DNA from: Lama glama | Taxonomy: Eukaryota | Direction of reading: 5' to 3' | Assembly (NCBI GenBank): GCA_028534125.1 | Contig: CM052817.1 | Location: forward strand, 108,006,001-108,070,000 | DNA length: 64,000 bases | Shown here: positions 24,480 to 38,410 of the stretch, in pieces | Layout: the number at the start of each line of letters is the position of its first letter | How positions within the stretch are numbered: position 1 is the stretch's first letter | Notes under the pieces: generated by a model | Databases searched by the model: none | What the model saw: only the letters and a program-made list of their open reading frames with translations | Told to the model about the DNA's origin: nothing | Made by a program: the position numbers and the translations under genes

Positions 24480-24979
24480 NNNNNNNNNNNNNNNNNNNNN
24501 NNNNNNNNNNNNNNNNNNNNNNNNNNNNNNNNNNNNNNNNNNNNNNNNNNNNNNNNNNNNNNNNNNNNNNNNNNNNNNNNNNNNNNNNNNNNNNNNNNNN
24601 NNNNNNNNNNNNNNNNNNNNNNNNNNNNNNNNNNNNNNNNNNNNNNNNNNNNNNNNNNNNNNNNNNNNNNNNNNNNNNNNNNNNNNNNNNNNNNNNNNNN
24701 NNNNNNNNNNNNNNNNNNNNNNNNNNNNNNNNNNNNNNNNNNNNNNNNNNNNNNNNNNNNNNNNNNNNNNNNNNNNNNNNNNNNNNNNNNNNNNNNNNNN
24801 NNNNNNNNNNNNNNNNNNNNNNNNNNNNNNNNNNNNNNNNNNNNNNNNNNNNNNNNNNNNNNNNNNNNNNNNNNNNNNNNNNNNNNNNNNNNNNNNNNNN
24901 NNNNNNNNNNNNNNNNNNNNNNNNNNNNNNNNNNNNNNNNNNNNNNNNNNNNNNNNNNNNNNNNNNNNNNNNNNNNNNN
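24480..24979. other. assembly gap (500 N)
   Basis: Run of exactly 500 N. Confidence 1.
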
Positions 24980-26035
24980 AAAAAATTACTAAGCAGAATG
25001 TCTGAACAATCATGCCAACTATGATGTTTATATTATAAAAGTGTCACATAAAGTATTAGAAAAGAAAATTATTATACTTTTTACTGTAGACATATAAAAA
25101 ATTAAATTCTCAGGGTTTATTTTCCAGTTCATTTCTTAGGCACTCAAAAACCTCCCTTGAATGGCAACTGTTTAGTATTCACAACTAACAAAACAAGGAC
25201 TTCAAAATTTTTAGGATTTGATTTCTCTCATTAGCCAAATAAAAGGTTTTGAGATGAGGTATAAAGTGCTTCTTTTGATTTGACAGCATTTCCAAAATTG
25301 GTACCCAAATGTACCCAAGTTTCTAAAAATGTCTACTCTGAACACATAGGATTCCATTGTCAGCAATGACAGTAACTCCAATGGCACTAGGCAAAATAAA
25401 AGTGGTTTCAAGGAGAGATAATTAAATTTGATTATGATGGCAAATTATTCCTTCATCATTTGGTGGACCTCAAATGCAGTTATTTTAAGTCAAATCTACC
25501 ATGTCACTGAGAAGTGAAACATGCTTGGAAAACTGAAATTAATTTAATTAATGCCTCCTAGAAGTCAGACCTTGATACTACAGGTTACCTGCGGATGATG
25601 TGTGGAGTTTCTTCTTATAAATGATTGCCTGCAGTAAGTATCCACAGAATGGTGCTCTCAAATCCAGGGTGAAATATTTTCTTAAATTCTTTAATAATCT
25701 TGTGCTAATATTTCATTCTTCAAATGATTTTGCCCAGGCAGGAAAAATGTAAGTATAGTTGTATGTATACAATTTTATGCCTACCCAGAGTCCCTCTCTC
25801 CATACAGATGCACACAAATGCATCCTCACCCTTATATATGATGTCAGGTGCATGATAGGTACTATATTAGTTACAGGGAACACAAAATATATACAAATAT
25901 GAACCTGTGTTGTTTTTTTCATATAACTTCAACATTAAGAGAAAATCAGATTTATTAAAATGCATGACATAGATCTTTGGATGCAACTGTGATAGAGTAC
26001 CTGGATCAGTTTTACCTTCCTACTGTAAGGAGCTA

Positions 26036-26140
26036 TTTTTTTTTAATTTTATTTTTTATTGAGGTGTAGTTGATTCATAATGTTAGTTTCAGGTGTTCAG
26101 CAAAGTGTTTCAGGTATACATACACATGTATACACACACA
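26036..26140 (-). mobile_element. short L1 3' end
   Basis: ttttttattgaggtgtagttgattcataatgttagtttcaggtgttcagcaaagtg. Confidence 0.8.
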
Positions 26141-26573
26141 CATATAACTGGTACTGTTACTGGTACAATGACCTTAGAATACTTTATCTCCATTTAGTCT
26201 TCTTTTTTATGCAGTATTTTTCTAAGATATTTTTTATCGTGTCACTTCACAAGGTATTTTACTTATTGTTTATTTGTTGTTTTACTCATTTGGTCTCCCT
26301 TCATTACTCTGGATATTTCCTTCTGGTCAATATTCCAGTTCACTCATTTTCTTTTTAATTGTGTCTTAAACCACCTATATAATATATAATTTGTATTTTT
26401 CTATTTTCCAGTTCTACTATTTCTATTCAGGTCTTTTCTATTCAACTCTAAAAATACCTTATCCTTTTTGTTTCCTTGCTGAAAAGGAGTTGAACACTTT
26501 TTACATCTGTGAGTTTTTTTACCCTGTATATGGTAATTCTGGTATCTGGAGGGAATGTATCTGTTTCTGCTCT

Positions 26574-27002
26574 GGTTGTAGGAGAGTAGGTTCTTGCCTC
26601 AAACAGGAAAGAATTCAAGAGCAAGGCAGAGTAAAGTGAAGTTTATTTAGAGAGATACACACTCCATAGACAGAGTGTGGGCTGGCCGAGAAGGCAAGAG
26701 GGGGAGTGACCACGAGGTGTGGAGTTGTTAGGTTTTATAGGCTGGGTAATTTCATATGCTAATGAGTAGGAGGATTATTCCAACTACTTTGGGGAAGGGG
26801 CTGGGGTTTCCAGGAATTAGGCCCCACCCACTTGTGGACCTTTTATGGTCAGCCAGGGAGCTGTCCTGGCCCTGTGGGTCTGCATGAGGCTCAAGGTCTA
26901 CTGGAAGTCAAATCTTCTGCATCTTGGTTCTAACCAGTCTGTCCTGTCCTCAGCTGCTGTGTCATTCAGTGGCTGTGCCCTGCCCCCTTTCCTCCTATTT
27001 CA
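26574..27002 (-). mobile_element. MER41-like ERV1 solo LTR
   Basis: Reverse complement of 62924-63406; TSD ctct/ctca; GAS motif TTCCAGGAA at 26808-26816. Confidence 0.85.
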
Positions 27003-27489
27003 CTCACTGTTACCTACTTTGTTTCTCCTTCATGTTATCAAATATCACCAAACACCTAGATTATCCTTGATTGTGCTCTAGACTTTACATTAAAAATGTC
27101 ATTGCTTTAAAAAAAACAACTGAGGCCTAGAGTGATGCTACCTTCCTCCTGAAAGGATGTATGTTTGTTCCTGCCAGATGCCTAAATAGAACACACCAGG
27201 CATCATCTCAGTCCAGCATTGGCCTTGATATTGACTGGGTCACTCAGTGATGTAAATTTGAGGGGCTTTGTGGCAAATGATGGTGCATTTCTAGTTTACC
27301 CATTCTCCTAGAGTGAAGCTCTAGGATGTTTCCAATATGCACACTGGGAAGAATACCAGGGTGTCACTCTCGGTAGAATCTGGACCTCCATTTGCTTTTC
27401 CTCTAACAAAATGAGACTATGAAAGGTGTTGCTGAGTCTCTCAACTACCTCTTCTGGATCAGCGAACAGACTCAGAGCAAATCAAACTA

Positions 27490-27650
27490 CTCCACCTCTT
27501 TGTGTCTCAATTGTCCCTCATGCAAATGAGACAGACATGAGTTCATGGTTCCTAAGACTGTGGTAAAGATTAAATGAGTCAACGATGTAAGACATGTAGT
27601 GTCTGGCACATGGTAAGAACTAAATTATTATCTATCAATATTATTTATAA
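27490..27650 (+). mobile_element. MIR SINE
   Basis: ctctttgtgtctcaattgtccctcatgcaaatg...gtggtaaagattaaatgag...gtgtctggcacatggtaag. Confidence 0.75.
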
Positions 27651-28186
27651 TGTTAGCTCCTCCAAAGTAACGTTGGTGACCCCAGTTGATTACTGTTGGC
27701 TGGAGAGCTTCCAATGCAAATCAGACTGATTTATCATTTTTATTCCATAAATATTTATCGAATAATTTTATGGATTAAAGTGTTTGTCAGGATAGACACA
27801 GGAAGCATCTAACCCCCTGGATTTGATAGAACAGCAATAAAGATTAATATACACAGTAACGAGGAGCAATTGTGGAATTATTAGCAGTGGCATTGAAACA
27901 TTTCTGAAGTAAAGGATTTATGAGAGGCTTGTTTTCCTGATGCCATCCAAATAAATGTGAACTTTATATTCAAAATCCCAGATATTTCTGGGGGAAAAGT
28001 TACTGTTTACCATGAAATAATGAAATTTGGGTGGTAAGGCCTAAATCAATTGCAATTGACTCTCATGCACAAGCTAAAATAACCAAGGCTGGAATAACCA
28101 ATCATATTGTACATGTTAAACTTACACAATGTTATAGTCAATTATGTGTCAATAATATTAGAATAAAAAAGCAACAACAAAAAAAA

Positions 28187-28800
28187 GAAAAGACACATGT
28201 ACCCCAATGTTCCCAGCAGCACTATATACAATAGCCAAGACATGGAAACAACCTAAATGTCCATCGACCGATGACTGAATAAAGAAGCTGTGGTATATTT
28301 ATACAATGGAATATTACTCAGCCATAAAAAAGAATAAAGTAATGCCATTTGCAGCAACATGGAGGGACCTGGAGACTGTCATTCTAAGTGAGGTAAGCCA
28401 GAAAGAGAAAGAAAAATACCATATGACATCACTCATATATCAAATCTAAAAAAAAAGAACACAGAAGAAACTAATGAACTCAACTACAAAACAGAAACAG
28501 ACTTGCAGACATACTAAACAATCTTATGGTTACTGGGGGAAAAAGGGGGGGAAGGGATACATTGGGGGTTCAAGATTTGCAGATACTAACTACTATATAT
28601 AAAATAAACAACAAGTTTCTACTGTACAGCACAGGAACTATATTCAATATTCTGTAGTAACCTATAATGGAAAAGAATATGAAAATTAATACATGTATGT
28701 ATATGTATAATTGAAACATTATGCCATAAACCAGAAATTGACACAACATTGTGATCTGACTATACTTCAATTTAAAAAAAAAAGAAATAAAAAAAAAAAG
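28187..28800 (+). mobile_element. camelid-type L1 3' end, inserted in the A-tail of an older L1 fragment (about 28100-28186)
   Basis: aaaagacacatgtaccccaatgttc...gccaagacatggaaacaacctaaatgtcca...ccagaaattgacacaacattgtgatctgactatacttcaat plus polyA. Confidence 0.93.
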
Positions 28801-30599
28801 AAAGAGAATCCCCCCCAAAAAAAACATTGATAAAAGAGTAAATACCAACTTAATAATTAGTTCAGATAACTAGTCATATTTTAGAGCCTTATATTAATAC
28901 ATTGTCATGTTGAAATAAAGAGTAGTCCTGAAGGGACAGGATACCAGCATGATTATGGTTAATTTGGATGAAATGTTAACTGATTCAAAGCAGATCCTTT
29001 TATATCCTGGTATTAGACATGATACAATTCTTCAGGCTGAGATGTTTTATTCTTTGGAAATATTACCTCCTCTACACGCTACGTTACCAACCTGATGACC
29101 ATTCCCATTGGCTCCATGCAGATTGCCTCTTCCACACCTGTCATAAGGAAATCGGCATTCTTCATTCCCAGAGCTCTGAGTCTCCACTTCAATTTTACAG
29201 TAAATGAACTAACGTGAATGTTTATGTGACCTGTATGATAATCAGGAAAAATGTATCCATGGATTTTCTTAAACTGTGCATCTATTAAGTTCCCTGAAAT
29301 TGGTTTTGGTTTTAAAGCAGAGTTAACGGGTGAGAGGTAGGAAACTCCAGGTCCCCTACAATGCCATCCCTCCCTGTCTTGGAAACTGAGTACACATGTC
29401 CCCCTCTGCCTTCTAAGGAAGCTGCATCCCTAGTAACTAAGAGGTGAAGTTTTTGGATCACCTCAGCAGGGACATGACAACGGCAAAGTGATGGAAGCTG
29501 GCCCACCCAGAATGCGGGAAAAAAATTCCCAACCAGAAGGAGGGAAATTGTCTAGAAGTTGTCAAGAAATTGTCTACAGAGAAGCAAAAGCATAATAATG
29601 TCAACTCAAATCAGTCTTTTTATCATCACCATGCATCGGCAATTCTAAATAATGCCAATAATAATGTTCTCCAGCCCCAAATGTTTTTGCTGGGATAGCT
29701 CTAAACAATCACAGTCATTGCTGTGTTGTCCCTTCACACCTGACAGCATTCTTTGCACACTGCTTATAACTAACAGTGTTTACTAAATAGATATATACAG
29801 GTTCAAGTGAATGAAATAATTTTCTCCACATCTCCCATGTGTTCTTTACACTATAAAACATGCAAAATAAAAGGAATTCTGTTGAGAGGAGAAACAGACA
29901 CTAGAGGCAAGAAATTCCACTTGAATAATTCAAATTATTACTTTTAAAATCTCATTGTGACATATTCTTTGGTATCTTTTATCTATACTCTTCTGGAAAT
30001 GCACAAACATTTTTAAACCTTTATCCCTTAAGATATAACTCAGGTTGATAATAGACAATTAAAGGAAGTTCCTTGAGAATCTTTGTAGATATGTCTTACT
30101 GTTCTATCTCCCAGCCTAAATTTTCATAAAGAAATATATTTTGAATGCATTTTGTTATTCAATTCATTGAGCAGAACCATTTCTTAACAAGATATTCTAA
30201 AGGAGTTGGCTTTTTTGAAAGAACAGAGGATCGTTTGCAACTAACACAGTCAGCAGGAGCTCTGGGTGCTTCTACATTTTAAATCAATGCTGCTCATCAC
30301 CTCCCACAAATAGTAGTGATTTTTAAGTTTATGAGCCTTGAAGCCTTGAATTAATAAAAAATTTATGTTAGTTATATAACAGCACGGGCTAATCAGAGTA
30401 AGAGTAAGATTAGGTTCTAAGCCTGCAAGGAATAAAATCATATTAATCACCAGTATTTTTAAATGTTGAAATAACTGGCATCTTAGTGAGAAAAACTATA
30501 CTGATGTAAAAATGAAGACCTATTTCCCAGTGTGCTTCCAGTATCAGTAAGAAGGGTTAACTTTGGCAAAAGACGATTTTATGTGACAGCCTGTTTTAA

Positions 30600-30790
30600 T
30601 TGCTTTATTTGCATTATCTCCTTTATTCCTTATTAACAATCCCATGAAGCTGGGAACATTACTATTCTCATTTTATGGAGCAAATGAAAATGATAAAAAG
30701 TGAAGAACTAGCCTAAGGCAACACAGTTCTAAGTAGCTGATAGGAATTCAGTCAGCTGACTCCAGAGCTAAATATGTTCTGAAATCATTC
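30600..30790 (-). mobile_element. MIR SINE
   Basis: gcattatctcctttattcctt...ctcattttatggag...ctagcctaaggcaacacag...ctgactccagagc. Confidence 0.7.
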
Positions 30791-30979
30791 TGCTCTAAAT
30801 ATGACCTCAAACTTTAATCGCGGAGACTTCTCGGGATGATAAATCACAAATAGAAATTTAGTTTGTTAGTATTTGTAACATAGTTATTTATTAAGGGAAA
30901 AATAGCCAGTCAAAACACTAGATGGAAATAATCAATTAGATTTCAGTACTTTTCAGTAGGACACATTGAAATTAGACAT

Positions 30980-33900
30980 CAAGGTATATTGGACTTCCAG
31001 GTAGCTGAAGACAATGCCAGTTGCCTCATTCCACATCTCCCAATACCCTCTCCATAAACAAAACAGAACAACAATAATAAAAAAGAACAATTAATCACTC
31101 ACTCACACACACACAAAAGAAAGCCCTCAGCAAAGTGTGAAAATAAAGAATGCACAAACTTCAAAAACCTATGATTTAGAAAGGAAAAAGGAAACAGCAC
31201 ACCAAATCTCATCCAGCAAACTCTTGCATACCTATCTTGCCCCATTCTTTTGCATCAAACAAGGGCAGGATAAGAAAAATTGCAGGAAGGAGAAGGAAGC
31301 CAACAACAGGACAAAAGTTGCTACCGAACCATCGATAGAAGGAGGAAATCCACCTTAAGTGTGAAAATGCAAAAGGATGTCCCAACAGAGCACAGCAGAG
31401 AGAACAAAGCAGAAACTGAAAGACACATATGATTTGAAACACTGGTCTTTGAACAACAGAGCTTCTTGGAGGGAAAAAAAGAAGTGAGAGGCATTCATTG
31501 ACCAACAGGTGGTGAAAAGTATGAAGCCAAAAATACGACTGAGGATTCAACAAGCGAAAAGAGAATAAAAAAAATCAGATAATACAAGAATCATCACTAC
31601 CCACGAAGGTATCAAACCAAAGAAGCTGACTTTGCCACACTTTCATTGGACCAAAGTTCTTGGAAATCATCTCAAATTTAAAACATAAAAAGAAAAGAAC
31701 TTAAATCTCTGCAAAGATATAACAATTTTTTAAATGAGATTCAACACTCTTCAATTAAGAAATCCTCCATTCCTTGCCCACCAAAAATCAACCAAGAAGC
31801 ACATTAAACAAAAAAACAAACATCAGCAACAACAAAAAAAAAATTACAGGACACTCAAAACTGAATTAAGTACAATCCAGCAAACATTTGAAGATTAAAA
31901 ACCAAAAAACAAAACAAACAAAACCCTGAGGTACAAATGCAAAAATTAAAAAGAGAAATGAGTAAAAACTAAGGTATAAATAAGAACACAGTGGAATAAA
32001 AGACAAAGTTATCTCAGAAATAATTACTGAAATAGACAGTGACCAAAGGATATTTGATTCAAGTGAAAATTTAGTAAGGTCACTGAAGAAAGTCAAGAAA
32101 ATACCCAAGAGAATGTAATTGAGATAAGGGAAGAACTAAATAGGTCAGAGAAAAAGTGGTGGAAATATAAGACAAGCAAAGGAGTATTTATACAACAGCA
32201 GTCCATGAAGGAGAACAAAACATTTTAGCATTTTAAAAATAGAATCTAAGAAAATTTTATAGTAATAGAAGATATGAATATAACTATTGTAGTAATAAGA
32301 GAACTGAATATAACTGAGTGCATAAGTAAATTAACCCCAAACTATCAACTCTGACACATAATTCTGGAAAAATGACTTGACTTCAACAATGAAGAATACA
32401 TCTTCAGTGCCTCTAGACATTTGTGTGTATGTGTGTGCATATGTGTAATTACGTGACTAGAAAAAGACAGGGAAAAGGGTAGAATACTTTTATGTGACTC
32501 TCATGGACAATAGTGGCAATGTTATAGAAATATTGCAATTAAAACTGGAAAAGGGGAGGAGATAAGAAGAGAATAGAAGAAACTCGTTGATTGTCATACA
32601 GGCAATTCATGTGGATAAAAGATAATATTAAAAACTGACAGACTAGATTGTAGAATATTGAATAACAAAACTGAGGACCAAAAGCTTTAAAAGTTAAAAA
32701 CATACTACAGTAAAAGTACTAGAGTAAAAAAAAACTACTCGTAAAACATCGTGTAAATACAACCAAACCTTCTTAATTATCAAAAATTAGGCAAGTTAAG
32801 AACAAAAATACTCATAGAAAAAGAAGCATAGCAAATATAACACACATAAAACATCTTGACAGAGCTGAGAACATATTAACTCACCTACTGAAAGAAAACG
32901 GTTTTCACAATGTAACATCCAAAATTACTCTGTGCACAAAAAACATACATAAAACACATGAACCCTGAAAGCTGACATGAAAGAGAAGCACAAAGGCACA
33001 TGGGCAACTGGAGACGTGAGAAAGAGGTACAGTGACCCTCACTAGAAATAAGCCCAAAATACATTAAACATGACAAAGAAAGGCCTCGTTTAATGTGAAA
33101 AGTCACCATTCACAGTGCAGATATGACACAAACACGACAAGAGTTGTAAGGAGCCAGATCAAAACACATCAGTAAAAGGCGATTTTCATACACTTCTCTC
33201 AAAATAAGACAAGTCGAGTGGACAAAAATAAATAAGCACATAGAAGACCTAAGCAACATACTCCCTGCAGTGGATTTTATGGACGGCTGGTAAACTTGAC
33301 ACCCTGACAACTGAAAAGATACCTTCTTAAGCACTCACGTGACATTCACAAAATTCATCATGTATTAAGTTACACACACACAGAGAATCACTAGATTCTG
33401 TAAAGTAGGCTTATTAAACAACAATCTCTCATCAAAATAGAATAAAAATTATTAACCAAAATGGAAACCACCTATTAAATCAAAAGCGAAAAGGAAAGGT
33501 AAAAGCCTAATATTAAACAATTAAAGTAAAAAGGAAAGTAAACTAAATTACTTGTATTTATGATATATGTTAAGGCAAAGATCAGAAGAAAGCACTAAAC
33601 TCTTTTTTAGTAAAAGTTAAGGCATTAAATGAACAAAATTTAAAAGTAAGAATAAAGTATAAAAATATAAGAAGTAAAGTATAAAGTATAGAATAAATTA
33701 TACAAGTATTTTATAAAAATCTTGATTAAAATTTTAATTTTTAATGAATAAAATATAATTGGGGGCTCAAAAATAACAAAAGGAAGAAGTAAAAAGAAAG
33801 AGAAGGGGAAGAAATCACTAAAGTTTTCTTAAACACTAATGAAATAGAGGATAGGAAAATAACAGGCCTATGTAAGACACTGAAATCCTGTTTAGGGGGT

Positions 33901-34810
33901 CGATTTGTTCTGGTTTGTTTAAGTAACCAATGAAAGAAATCACTGCATAATTTGCTTAAGAAAGAAAATGAGAAAAATACAAACGCAAAAAATGGAGAAA
34001 GTCAAAGGGACATAACCATTTAAAGAGAAAACATTTTTTAAAAATCCTAAGAGATTAGTTTGCAAACACAGTGTGCAAATAACTTTGAATGAATGATTAA
34101 ATAAACATCACCATCTGGCAAAAGCCACAATTAATAACTTTCAGGAAAGAATTATCAATGGATGCTGAACTTTGTGGGTTAACAGGGATGAAAAACAGGC
34201 TTTTTAAAATTTATTTAAATGGTTTCAAATATTTCTCCAGTACATTCTTTCTAATTGCAAAGGGGCTAGTGTAAATTTATAGTGGAGGAACCAAGACCAC
34301 ACCCCTTATACAAAGCAATAACAATTAACACCCAAAATGAACCAAATCAACATCATATTGATATGATACCCTGAGAAATGTGGGTCATCACTTTATTGTA
34401 TTCCTGTTGAAAGTACATAAGTTGAATTTAGTCATGAGGAAGCATCAGACAAAACCAAATTGAGGAGGATTCTGCAAAATACCTTTTCAGAACTTACAAA
34501 GCTAGAATGGTCCTGAAAGACAAGTGTTAAGAAACTATCCTAAGTTAGAAGGACACATAACTAAATGCAGTGTTATCCTGGAGTATTTTCTGATCCAGAA
34601 AAAAAAAAACATTAGGACAACTGATGAATTTTGAATAAAGTCTGTAAAAGTAGTTCCTAGAGTTGTATCATTGTTAATTCCTGGTTTTTATAACTGAATT
34701 ACAATCACAGAACGTTAATATTTGAGGAGGCTGGGTGGCAAGGGCTTTTTATAATATTTTTTGCAAATTTACTGTCTGATTTTATTTCAAAACAAAACGT
34801 TAAAAACTAA
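30980..34810 (+). mobile_element. old L1 remnants (ORF1-like, endonuclease-like and L1MC-type 3' region)
   Basis: A-rich decayed coding tracts; 3' signature atgaggaagcatcagacaaaaccaaattgaggaggattctgcaaaata...ctaaatgcagtg...atccagaaaa...ttgtatcattgttaattcctgg. Confidence 0.7.
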
Positions 34811-36589
34811 AAACATAATGAACAAATGAACTTAAGGAAAGAAAATCTTTTTTAAATCTTTAACAATCTAGAATCATATAAAAACAATAAGTTAATTTTG
34901 GATTTGGGCACACTATTTTTTTTCTAGATAAACTAAAGAACAACATACTTAGTAGGTAAAGCTAAATATTGATTTGACAAGGAATCTATTTTTATTTCTG
35001 GAATATAAGTCAAGGTGAAAAATAATTTAAGAACGAGAATTTATTAATATATAGATAAACATAGGGCAATAACTTAGAATGTAAATATCTGTCAGGACTT
35101 ATAAAAGTAATTCACTTACGAAAAAAAGGAAGATACTTGATAATATACATTTTAAATAAATTTAAATAAAGATTGGGTTTTTTTGGTCAGTTAACCAATA
35201 GGAGTTTAGATCATCAATTTTCATCCACTTATTTTATGTTATTTAAAAGACACACTATGTATGTGACTTAAGTATATCTACATATATAATAGTTTTGCAT
35301 TACAAAGGACAAAAATCTTCATTCTTACCAAAATATCACTTCAGGGCTTTGGGTATGTTTGTTTGTTTGTTTGTTTTTGTGGGTTCTTAAACAATTTTTT
35401 GGTAATTTATGGGAAAAGAATAGATAATTTGAGGGCATGATAAAAAAGCTTAATTACTCAGTTGCTTATAATAAGAAACAAGATAAAGATGAGAAGGAAT
35501 ATTTTATTCGGGGCAGCTATATCCTAAGAAGCTTTATTTGAAATACTCATTGTGAATTTAACAGAAGTATTTAGCTCTAAGACAACAAACAGATTGAACT
35601 ACCAATTTACGTAGCAAAACACCTTAAATTTATATTTTAAATCTGTATTTTTAAAGGGATTTAATGGAACGTTATCTCCAGCTGACAAATTACACATGCC
35701 AGCTTCAAGCTAGTTAATCATCCTGGAAAAACCAGCCTTCCTTGCCGTTCCACTGACAACCCACCTGCAGGTAACTGAGTCTGGCTTCCACTGTTCCTCT
35801 TAAGATTTAAAGGATTTAAAATGCACAGCACTACAGTGGGATATTAACTCTGATGCACTGCAATTCCGCACACATAAAACTCGGAGGATTTAAAATAAAT
35901 CGGTTGAGATAAAATGAAGATGATTTTTAAACAAATCTTGTTTAAGAACCGTGAACTTCAGTGTAAGATCCACAGTGCCCAAGGCAGACCACGACCAAGT
36001 TCATCTATAAGGCCAAGCTCTTAAAATTGGCGGACTGTAAATCAGTATTTATTGTGGGCTTAAGAGAAATCCCGTACATGTGGTGAACTTCCTGGGTAAA
36101 ACAAACAAGGATGGGCCATAAAAACACTAAACAGTTTATCAGTTATGCTAATCACATAACCAGGACCCCATCTACCTGCATTTAGAAAGACACCAGCCAT
36201 TTATTATCATCACAGACAGTCAACAGGATTGAGGTCAAACAGCACCTGCCAAGGGTCCATCAAGACATCATATTTTAGCTTCAACATGGAGAATAATATC
36301 ATACTTGTCTTAGTGAATTTGGATGATTTCAACCCAAATCTTCAGGAAGATTACCTTTTCAGTCAACTATTAGAAAAACTGAAATGATCTCAGGCTAATG
36401 ATCCCAATGAAACATTGGTCAAATCATATTTTTATGCTTTCAGAAACATGGGCTTACAAAGGGAATATTATTAAAAAGTCCTTTATATCTGAGGTTAAAC
36501 TTTTAGAAAAAAATCTGAGAAAAGAAAGCAACAATGATCATAAGCAAAAACTACTGGGAAAGAGCAGCAGTTGCATGGGTCATTTTTTA

Positions 36590-36806
36590 AACAATATAAT
36601 TCTTATTTTTTATTGAAGTGAAGTCAGTTTACAATGTTAGTTTCAGGTGTACAGCAAAGCGATTCAGTTATGCATATACATACATATATTGTTTTTTTTG
36701 ATTCTTCTCCAATTCAGCTCATTACAAGAAATTGAATATAGTTCCCTGTGCTCTACATTAGTTTGGGATTAATAGATACATATTACTGTGTATAAAATAG
36801 ACAACC
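36590..36806 (-). mobile_element. short L1 3' insertion with an inverted 5' piece
   Basis: Antisense 3' end to ...gttccctgtgctctaca (about 36756), then sense gtttgggattaatagataca...aaaatagacaac. Confidence 0.8.
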
Positions 36807-37194
36807 TGGATTATTTTTAAAACTGAATTTTATGAACAGTAAAACCAAAGTAATTACCCAGAGTTCTTTAGCATTTGTCACTCTTAGTAGAGTGAACATA
36901 TCTGTGTATTCTGGCTTGCCTGTAGTTCCAAAATCATTATTAAAATGCCTCCTTTTGTTTTCAAAATGCCCAGTTTAGTTACACAGTCTCCATACTATAA
37001 TGCACATAATGGGGAATTCAGTGATTCATCAGTGTTGAAGAATCGCCAGCAAATTAACCGACATCCTGATGGCGTTCTCATTAGCTCACCTGCACATTTA
37101 AGGCAAATGCTCGACCTTTAACTTCACATCATCACTTAAGAAAAAGGAGCCCATTTACTGAAAAAATAAAAAGAAGATACTTTGACTCCTTTGA

Positions 37195-37341
37195 GAACTT
37201 GTTCCTTACATTACGTCAGCCAACCGGCAGTGTTGGCATCACCTGGAAGCTTGTTAGACCACAGATCTAGACGTGCTGACCCCACATCTCAACCAAATTG
37301 GAAGTGACTCACATGCACATTCTAATTTAAGAGCCACTGGT
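37195..37341. mobile_element. MER5-like hAT MITE
   Basis: ggcatcacctggaagcttgttaga...atgcacattctaatttaagagccactgg. Confidence 0.65.
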
Positions 37342-38294
37342 GTACAGGGCACCCAGACAGAAAGCTGTGTGAATCCAAGCTTGCTTCCTGTCTAGATGTG
37401 TCTGGGCTACTGACACCCCCACCTTCTGGAGCGTGGCTAGACAGAGTGGTACCCTTCACCTCTCAGCCAAGGATAACTGACGGAGGAGAATTTACTTTCC
37501 AGGTGAATCCCTAACGAGATCAACATACAACACCCAACTGCTTGCAGGAGCCACACTGTCTCTCCCAGCTCCTGTGCTCAATGCAGTCATCACCCTGCGA
37601 GCGATTATATAAGAAACCAGGACAGGAAGGAGGCTCAGGGTGAATCTCATTGGCTTCTGTCCACAGAATACCCACGCATGACTTGGAGCGCTCCAACTTC
37701 TACTGGATCAAAGCCTTTCTTATCTAGAAAAACACTTTATGAACCAAATCATCCTTTCAGATGGATAGGATTAACTCCAAAACAGGCTTAACTTTTGTTT
37801 GTGGTACAATTTGAGTTAGAGCCACTATTTAAGTGTGCCATTGGGATCTATTTCCCACTTCCTCCCCCAGGATGGGTCAGGGAACGGGTGGTAGGGGTCA
37901 GGTGCAGTAGATCAGGCATGAAAATCGTTATCTGCAAAGGAAGGTTTGCATTAAATGCCTTAAATGGATTCAAGCTTTTCTTTCCAACTCTCTAAAGTAG
38001 GTAATCATCATAAGAGATTTAAGAAATGCTCTTAATAACCGTACATTTGCAAGTTGCTACTTACATTACCTTTTCTTTTTTCAGGCTTCAAAGATGGAGA
38101 AGCTGTTCACCAAAGAGTGTTTAAATACCCTAAGATCACCACATGTGGAGAAGTCATTCAAAAGAGTGACAGGTCAAAATAAAGCAATTAATAGCCAGAG
38201 AGGAGAAAAAGAGTCTCTAATCAAACCAACGTGGAAAAGCAGATAATAGAGAATGTAGACTTAGCATTTATAGAGACATTAGAAAGAAGAAATG

Positions 38295-38317
38295 TTTTCT
38301 TCTCTTTTTCTTTTCTC

Positions 38318-38348
<31 letters not shown>

Positions 38349-38410
38349 CTTTTCTTTTGTTTTCTTTTCTTTTCTTTTCTTCCCTTCCCTTCCCTTCCCT
38401 TCCTTTTTTT
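38295..38410. repeat. (TTTTC)n/(TTCCC)n polypyrimidine tract
   Basis: Directly visible; explains the low-complexity ORFs 38221-38430 and 38231-38467. Confidence 0.95.

Noticed and set aside
24428..25024. 170-200 aa ORFs in the ORF track
   Set aside because: Artefacts of translating through 500 Ns.
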